DNA of 64,000 nt from positions 62,001-126,000 of the forward strand of contig NOWV01000025.1 in assembly GCA_003344405.1 (NCBI GenBank), given 5' to 3'. The position numbers and the translations under genes are program-made. The notes under the pieces were generated by a model that saw nothing but the letters and a program-made list of their open reading frames with translations, had not been told where the DNA came from and searched no databases. Numbering within the stretch: the stretch's first letter is position 1; each line of letters begins with the position of its first letter. Origin of the DNA: Trichoplax sp. H2 (taxonomy: Eukaryota). Positions 53,330-64,000 of the stretch are shown here, one piece after another.

Positions 53330-54470
53330 AATCGTTACACCTTAGCATCTCCCCCAAAATTATCGATCAACAATGTTAAACCGGTTTGAAATTGGTGATT
53401 ATCATTCTCTCTCCTAGCCAACTTTAGTCAAAAGTTATTACGCATTAAACTGTGTTTATGGTGTTGATTTAGCTGTCACTATCCATGCATTTATGGCGTG
53501 TATCTCGTCTAGAATTAGAGTTTCTTAGTCGTGGCATGGGGTACCTCGTTGCACCTTAGTATTTCCAAAAAACTATCGATCAACCATGCTAAACTGCTTT
53601 GAAATTGGTGATTATCTTCCTCTATCCTAGCCAACTTTAGTCAAAATATTGTTATGTGTTATACTGTGCTTGTGGTGTTGATTTAGCTGTAACTATCCAT
53701 GCATTTATCGCGTCCTCATTGCACCTTGGCATTTGGTGATCATCATTCTCTATCCTAGCCAACTCTAGTTAAAGTATTATTATGTGTTCTACAGTGCTCA
53801 TGGTGTTGATTTAGCTGTCACTATCCATTCATTTATTGCGTCTATCTCGTCTAAAATTTGGAATTTCTTAGTCGTGACATGGGGAACCTCGTTGCACCGT
53901 AGTATTTCCCCCCCCCCAAACTATCGATCAACCATGCTAAACTGCTTTGAAATTGATGATCATTGTTATGTTTAATTGATTCCCTATTAGGGATTATTAC
54001 TGGTTATGTTCACCATTTTAGGGATAATTACTGTCGTGAGATTCTGTTTTAAAACATATTTACTGTTGTCGTGGTTTCATTTACTTACCTTACAAATGTA
54101 GAGTATTGATGTATTATTCACTGTAATGGTATAAAAAGGAGATACGATCGAGAAAAAAAGGGGAGACTTGGGCTTATGTTAAATTTGAATAAGTCATTAA
54201 GTTGCTTGTTGGCAATTTGTTATTTGTTGTTACTGATGGGGCACCTCGTTGCACCTTAGTATTTCTCCCCCCCCCCAAAAAAAAATTATCGATCAACTAA
54301 ACTGCTTTGAAATTGGTCATCATCATTCTCTATCTTAGCCAACTGTAGTCAAAATATTGCTATGTGTTCTACTGTGCTCATGGTGTTGATTTAGCTGCCA
54401 CTATTCATGCATTTATTGCTTCCATCTCGTCCAAAATTGGAGTTTCTTGAATCGTGGCATAGGGGTACCT
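53330..54470. repeat. Imperfect local repeats between Ovo and FAM133
   Basis: acctcgttgcacct..tatcgatcaac..aactgctttgaaattg..cctagccaactttagtcaaa..tggtgttgatttagctgtcactatccat occurs in ~4 copies. Confidence 0.85.
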
Positions 54471-54779
54471 CGATGAGCAGAGTAGCTTAGCTCGGTTTAT
54501 TATTCAGAAAGACGGACCGATTGGCTTGGACTTATCATCTAGTACAATACTATTAGACAGCCATACAAGTGTTGGCAGTTTATTTTCTGTCGGTCTGTCT
54601 ACTATTGATAATAGACTGATTTGAGTAGTATGGATGAGATCGATCGCTGCGTCAACAAGTTGGAGGAGGAAAGGCAACTAAGTCAGCCATTCCTGATGTT
54701 GGTCAAAGTAGCCATAGCTTAAAGCATATCTGCCGAGGGTTTTTTTCACTGATTTCAGTAAAAAAAATCATCCAGTGTT

Positions 54780-58281
<3,502 letters not shown>

Positions 58282-59309
58282 CGTACGGAAGATGAGCTGC
58301 AGAATTGACGCGCATATTATTAATGAGACCAAATTTAGATATATCTTTCATCATTTAACTTGCTTTACTGTTGCAACAGTCAACAATATTTTAACATACT
58401 ACAAACCTCATATGGATTATCTAATGTTGCTACACCGAAGATGTAATTTTTATATTATGACTATTAGTTTATTACAGTGATCTAGTATGTTTCATATCTT
58501 CTTTTCTCTATTTACTGTACGAATATGTACTACTAAAGTAGTATAGTATCCCTTAGCCTGATATAAATTGTAACTTTAATAGGTATTAAATATATCGCCA
58601 AGTACTGAATTGCTGGGAACTATTTGAGGATTGTGAATATCTAAATTTCCCAGCTAGTAAAGCTATTTATTGTTGCGTACAAAATTACTGAGGACCAGTT
58701 TATCAAGTATGATATTAGTCATTCTATTTACGACTATTTTTTCAATTATGCAGACTTTTTTGTATTTAGTATCCCAGGAGCCATTTTATTTGCAAATATT
58801 GGCCGAATAAGTAATAGTTTTGAATTCTACAATTCATACATAGATAGCGAACTGATACATTTATGATATTGATTATACTGCTCTTTCCTAGACGAAACGT
58901 GAGATTTAATCCATTCACGACTTAGGTTTTTAGAATAGTTAAGGAAATTAATTACTCCAGTATAGGACACTATATTGCGAAGTAAACTAGACAATACGAA
59001 ATTATCATGATGACGTTGTAAGGGTACAGTAGCCTCTTTTTTTTTATTATAATACCGAATTTTTCTAGGGCAATTAATTAGCAAGTAAACTAGAAAACGA
59101 CCTATGCAGTAAATTTAGGCTGAAAATGTAAATCTAGCAAAGTATTTATCAAGATTAAATACAATAAAAAGACGTATTATTGTACATTTTAGCAAGTGCT
59201 TACTGCGGCAAATGGAGAAGTGAGGTCATTTATGACCCGATGATGGAAAGCTAGAGGGATCATTTTCAGTTCTATATTTTAATTTCGTGGTATTACAATC
59301 TATAATTGT

Positions 59310-59540
59310 TACCTATTTAAGTTATAGCGATCAGATTGATGCATATGCGATGTTGGAATCGAAAGATACACAAACAGGATTTTAACCTATTTAAGTTATA
59401 GGGAATAAATTCATGCATACGCGATATTGGAATCGAAGAATATTACAAACAGGATTTTAACCTATTTAAGTTATAGCATATAAATTTATGCATACGCGAT
59501 GTTAAAATCGAAGAATATTACAAACAGGATTTTAAACACA
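59310..59540. repeat. ~75-bp tandem repeat, 3 copies
   Basis: acctatttaagttatag..atgcata.gcgat.ttggaatcgaa..acaaacaggattttaa is repeated. Confidence 0.9.
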
Positions 59541-61829
59541 TTTATTTTATTGATGAAGTATTTATATCGCGATTTGCTATGATGGTCTTGAACATTTCCG
59601 CTTTTTAGGTTGCTATAAAATTGAGTCTCTAGCACGCTAGGTAACAAATCGTAATGAAATTACCTTTACTACTATGCGGATAATCAGGATTCATTTGAAT
59701 ACTCCGTTAAAAATAAATTACTATCAATGTTTAATTATATAAGCTCATTAGTCAGTGACACGGTAACTTTATCATGCAAAATTCACTTCGGAATTTTTAA
59801 TAAATAAGGTTTATACATGGACTATTGGTACTAGAAGAAACCTACTATAATCTCTTTCGAGGCAGTTTGTATATTTAGATAACCTAAAGACCATACGCAG
59901 AAACGTTACAAAGAATTTTTGAATCAACCCCAAACTCATGATACTTACATTTAAGTTGCATGCAACTTTTTCTAGCTTACATGAAGGTTATGTAGGTTGA
60001 TTATTATATAATATGCAAATTCGAAAGTACAAGGTCACTGGCTGCACAACTATCTTATCCTGTCTTGCATTGGTAATAATATTGACAAAGAGGTAAGAAA
60101 TAAAGACGTCCAAGGCCTTCACTTTCAAATACAGTTTAACACTGACCTAGCCAAGAAGGATGCAATATCTATGTTAGTATCGTTATTTTAATGGTCACTT
60201 TTCATATACGCAAACACTTATAGCAATAATTATATCGGATGTGAATAAGTATAGGAATTTTATGGATAGTGTTACATTTGATACAGTACTGTAGAGTTCT
60301 CGCATGCGTTCGTTTAATGCAAATGTAATAATGCGTCTCACATTAACTGCCTTAGTCAAATGAAATTTCTAAAAGGCTGTTTTTGCTAGGTTTTAGGAAT
60401 AGTAGAGCAGTAATTAATTACTGCAAGAATCCAGTCTAAAATCGAAAGTATTCCGAGCTCAAAGCGAATTGAAGTCTCTTCTCCCCGTGAGCTTATCTCT
60501 ACAGTTCTTATATATACATTTAGTTCAATCCATTTATGACAACGTGATTCATCTACAATCAGACATGAATCATCAAACAAAATACTTACCTCAAATAGTA
60601 CATCATTATTTTCTACAATCTAAATCATTCTACTTAAGATGTCACTACTCTTCTATTAACATCTAGCCCCTTTCTCCGATCGGCATCTTAACGGCTACAG
60701 TGTTTCTAGCCACATAAATCTTGTATCATAATTAGTCCAATGGCTACTATTAGTCATCAACTATTTCTAATATAGTAGTTAGCAATCATCTCATATTAGC
60801 TTGACGATAATATCTATTCAAAGTAATCGAACTATATCAAATATAGCTATCCGTATAATCAAATATGGGTGCATCACTACAGTAAAATATCTAGAATGAA
60901 CTTGAGTAATTGCAATCCAATTGTCCACTTGTTTAGAAGTGCGAGTATAATGCGATAACTGTTCCCGTGCAGAAAATGTGATAATATCGCCATACAGTCG
61001 AGAATCGAGGTTTGATAGTTTAATGGATAGGGGCCAAGGTTAATCGCTCCACAGGTATTAATTGACTGAGTACATAACTTGTCAATATATTGCAAATTTA
61101 AATCACATCCAAGTCGATCTCACAAAGGTAAAAAGGATATATCTCGAATATCGAGGATCTCAGTGATTAGCTAACACTGTAAATTGGTAGTCTCGTACTG
61201 TACATGTTATATTGTCATATATACTGTCTACTGTTATATTGATATGCAATTAAGGATATACGTGAAAAGGATAATTATACAGTACATTATTACTGGGCAT
61301 TACATTTCGGACGATAAAACTCTCGCTTGTATTCTTTTATTAATATCGCTTAGCAAGGTATACAAGTAGAAATATACATACGTGTAGACTCTGTAGAGTA
61401 ATCGAAACGATTGCAATTGTATTTGCAATGTATGCTTGTAGAAATCATATCCTATCTGCTTCCGTTAACGCATACAGACCTTCTAATATCCCTATACGGT
61501 CTATGGAACAAAGTTTGATGTGATCGTATCATCTAGTAGACTAGGAATGTGCGTTGTCAACATATGGTAAATAGCACAGAAATAAAAGGAGAAGCTGGAT
61601 ACATCTCATTCTTAACTATTATACTGCGAAGAGTACTTTCGCTGTGCTCGTTATCGTCTTAGGTACTTCCATCAAGTCTCTTCCATGGTTTTATATTACA
61701 TTATTACAGGTCGCGATGATGTCGTACGCTAGGCTACGGCTTACTTCATATTGGCCTGCATCAGTACGTTCAATTCAATGATGAGAGATTTTTATATCAT
61801 GATATCAATCTACTCCGATAATGTTTTAA

Positions 61830-62418
61830 ATCAGGATGTCGTTATTTGAGCAGGCATACTGTGTTTACTAGTACTAATTGTATTATTAGTAATTATTACT
61901 CCACGAGTAACGTTATCTAATTTTAGCTTTGTATAAGATAGAGCCAAGTCGCAGTTTTAATTTAGGATGTCGCAGTTTTAATTCAGGATGTCGTTGTTTG
62001 AGCGGGCATACTGTATTTACTAGTACTAATTGTATTATTATGAATTATTACTCTACGAGTAACGTTATCTAATTTTAGCTTTGTATAAGATAGAGCCAAG
62101 TCGCAGTTTTAATTTAGGATGTCGCAGTTTTAATTCAGGATGTCGTTGTTTGAGCCGGCATACTGTATTTAGTAGTACTAATTGTATTATTATGAATTAT
62201 TACTCCACGAGTAACATTATCCTGTTTTAACTTTGTATAAGGTAGAGCCAAGTCGCAGTTTTAATTTAGGATGTCGCAGTTTTAATTCAGGATGTCGTTG
62301 TTTGAGCCGGCATACTGTATTTAGCAGTACTAATTGTATTATTATGAATTATTACTCAACGAGTAACGTTATCCTATTTTAACTTTGTATAAGATAGAGC
62401 CAAGTCGCAGTTTTAATT
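61830..62418. repeat. ~150-bp tandem repeat, ~4 copies
   Basis: tcaggatgtcgtt.tttgagc.ggcatactgt.ttta.tagtactaattgtattat..cgagtaacgttatc..tttgtataagatagagccaagtcgcagttttaatt is repeated. Confidence 0.93.
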
Positions 62419-63449
62419 TACCCAAGTTTACTTTAAAAAGACTGCTAGAAGTGACTGGAATAATACAATGCGGTAGTCCAAGGCATTGCAGTGGACTATG
62501 GTAGAGCCATTTTGTATTAACTGGCCACTTTAATAAACTGCCTTTTACTGTTGAACAATTAATCCGTGTCAACAATACTCCGACTACGTCATCTTATGCA
62601 ATCACTTTAGTTGAAGAATATGTGGAATCATTTGGACGCAACCAATGTATTTAACAGTCCTAACCACACAATAGGGCAAAGAACAGCAAACAACAGTCAT
62701 TTTTCGTTTCATCAGGCTGTTGTTTATTCTGCTATTGACTATTTTTATGTACTGTATGTTGATGGAGTGGCTAGAGAAGCATTTGCCGTGTAGACAACCA
62801 TATTGATGAGTAATGCTGTTCTACTGGCGCATCATTACTGTCCATCAAGAAAGAGTAAAGTAGGATTAGAAGAGTATTGCTGACTAGGACTCCATGAGTA
62901 ACGCGCCTACAAGAGAGGAATATACTGTAGCTTGTGTAGTGTGTCCCCCCAGTCGTTTTGATTTCATTGACGGTCAAAAGTTGCATTGAATTCAGAAAGT
63001 AGAAAGGTCCCACGTTAACCTAATGGCTGCATTTTCTTGTTGGAAGGGGCCCGGGGAGGGGAATGATCAGACTTGACTGTGGACAGTAGGACGACACACA
63101 AGTCCAATCCTGTCAGTCTATGCCCTACAAATGGACTGGTAAATCATGATTGCATTTCAGCAACTTTGTCCAATCCAGTTTTTACTATTTGTCAGTCTGC
63201 TTGGCGATTTTTGTGATGCTTCTTCCTCCTCCATGTCGGCCCTACTGCTCTTCTAATACTCGCTGTTATGCAGCCATTTGTATAGAAGAGTATGGGCAAA
63301 CATCAACACAAGGCGGTGACAGAGGTAAAAGTCGACTGTCACAACTAGCAAGTGAAGCTTTCAATTGACTTCACCCTAGTCGCCTTCAGGCAGGCAGTGA
63401 AGAGAATGGAGTTCGTGGTAAAACTTGTTTTGTAACGGAGTTGTTTTTT

Positions 63450-63515
63450 TCTCCTGATTGGTGCAAAAAGTTTGACGTCATGGTTGCGTAGCAACAGGTG
63501 TGCTTCACGTGAACC
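63450..63515. promoter_or_regulatory. Candidate promoter cluster: reverse CCAAT, CRE, RFX X-box-like palindrome, E-boxes; probably for a gene starting near or beyond the window end
   Basis: ctgattgg 63454-63461, TGACGTCA 63473-63480, GTTGCGTAGCAAC 63483-63495, CAGGTG 63495-63500, TTCACGTGAA 63504-63513. A consensus donor G|GTAAGT lies at ~63876. Confidence 0.55.
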
Positions 63516-64000
63516 GTCAACCCGCCTCGTTCTCCTTTTGCCGTCATACTGTATCATCGCTAGCGCGTCTTATCCACTGTATGAGGAGAATGACAGCGTA
63601 GAATACATTCAAGTCAGACTGTATCATCTTGCACGTCTTTGACTGACTCATTATTTGCTAAAATCATTTTGACTTTGTAACGCTGAAAGAAAGAAAAAAA
63701 AATCCTCAATCAGCGAAAATTGGCTTATTTTAGCCACCAATTGATGCAAAATTCAACCTTGAAATCGACTTAAAGTAGAAATTCACTTGTCTACTTTGCT
63801 ACTTTTTAAATATTCAACTTGCTTTCATCTTGCAAGTGATATCGACGTCTAATCAAGCGCAGTATCGGAGTTTTGGTAAGTACTTACACGAGATGATCCG
63901 ACGCTTGTTGAACATTTTTGCGGCTAGTTCATTAGTCAAAGAACGTTGCCAACAATTTTTTGTATAGGGTTCAATTCAATTTTATCCTAGTAGCTTAGCA

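Noticed and set aside
59940..61100. Possible minus-strand gene (donor-like sites at ~59949 and ~60589, 72-aa ORF at 60877-61095)
   Set aside because: I could not chain the pieces into an open frame or recognise any homology. A spliced non-coding transcript cannot be excluded.

Overview
Eukaryotic, AT-rich, intron-rich and gene-dense animal DNA. The short introns, compact genes and divergent GABA-B-like receptor suggest an early-branching metazoan such as a placozoan (inference only). Seven spliced protein-coding genes can be rebuilt by hand from GT/GC-AG sites and family motifs. They are an amyloid-precursor-protein (APP) homolog (+, 5' end outside the window), TOMM70 (-), a GABA-B-like class C GPCR (+, TM7 apparently truncated), an SRSF4/5/6-type SR splicing factor (-), oligoribonuclease REXO2 (-) head-to-head with an intron-rich HPS6 (+), an Ovo/OVOL zinc-finger gene with a SNAG first exon (+), and FAM133 (+); counting REXO2 and HPS6 separately gives eight loci. 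About a dozen unrelated, locus-private tandem repeats (75-250 bp units) fill introns and intergenic DNA. Highlights: a minimal APP lacking the Cu-binding His residues and canonical YENPTY, a 7-nt microexon required in REXO2, a candidate NMD poison exon in the SR gene, candidate SNAG+/SNAG- Ovo first exons, a GC-AG intron, and a hairpin-bearing satellite. There are no prokaryotic features, CRISPR arrays, tRNAs or rRNAs. Most ORFs in the supplied track are spurious or exon fragments. All homology calls are from recalled motifs, not database searches.
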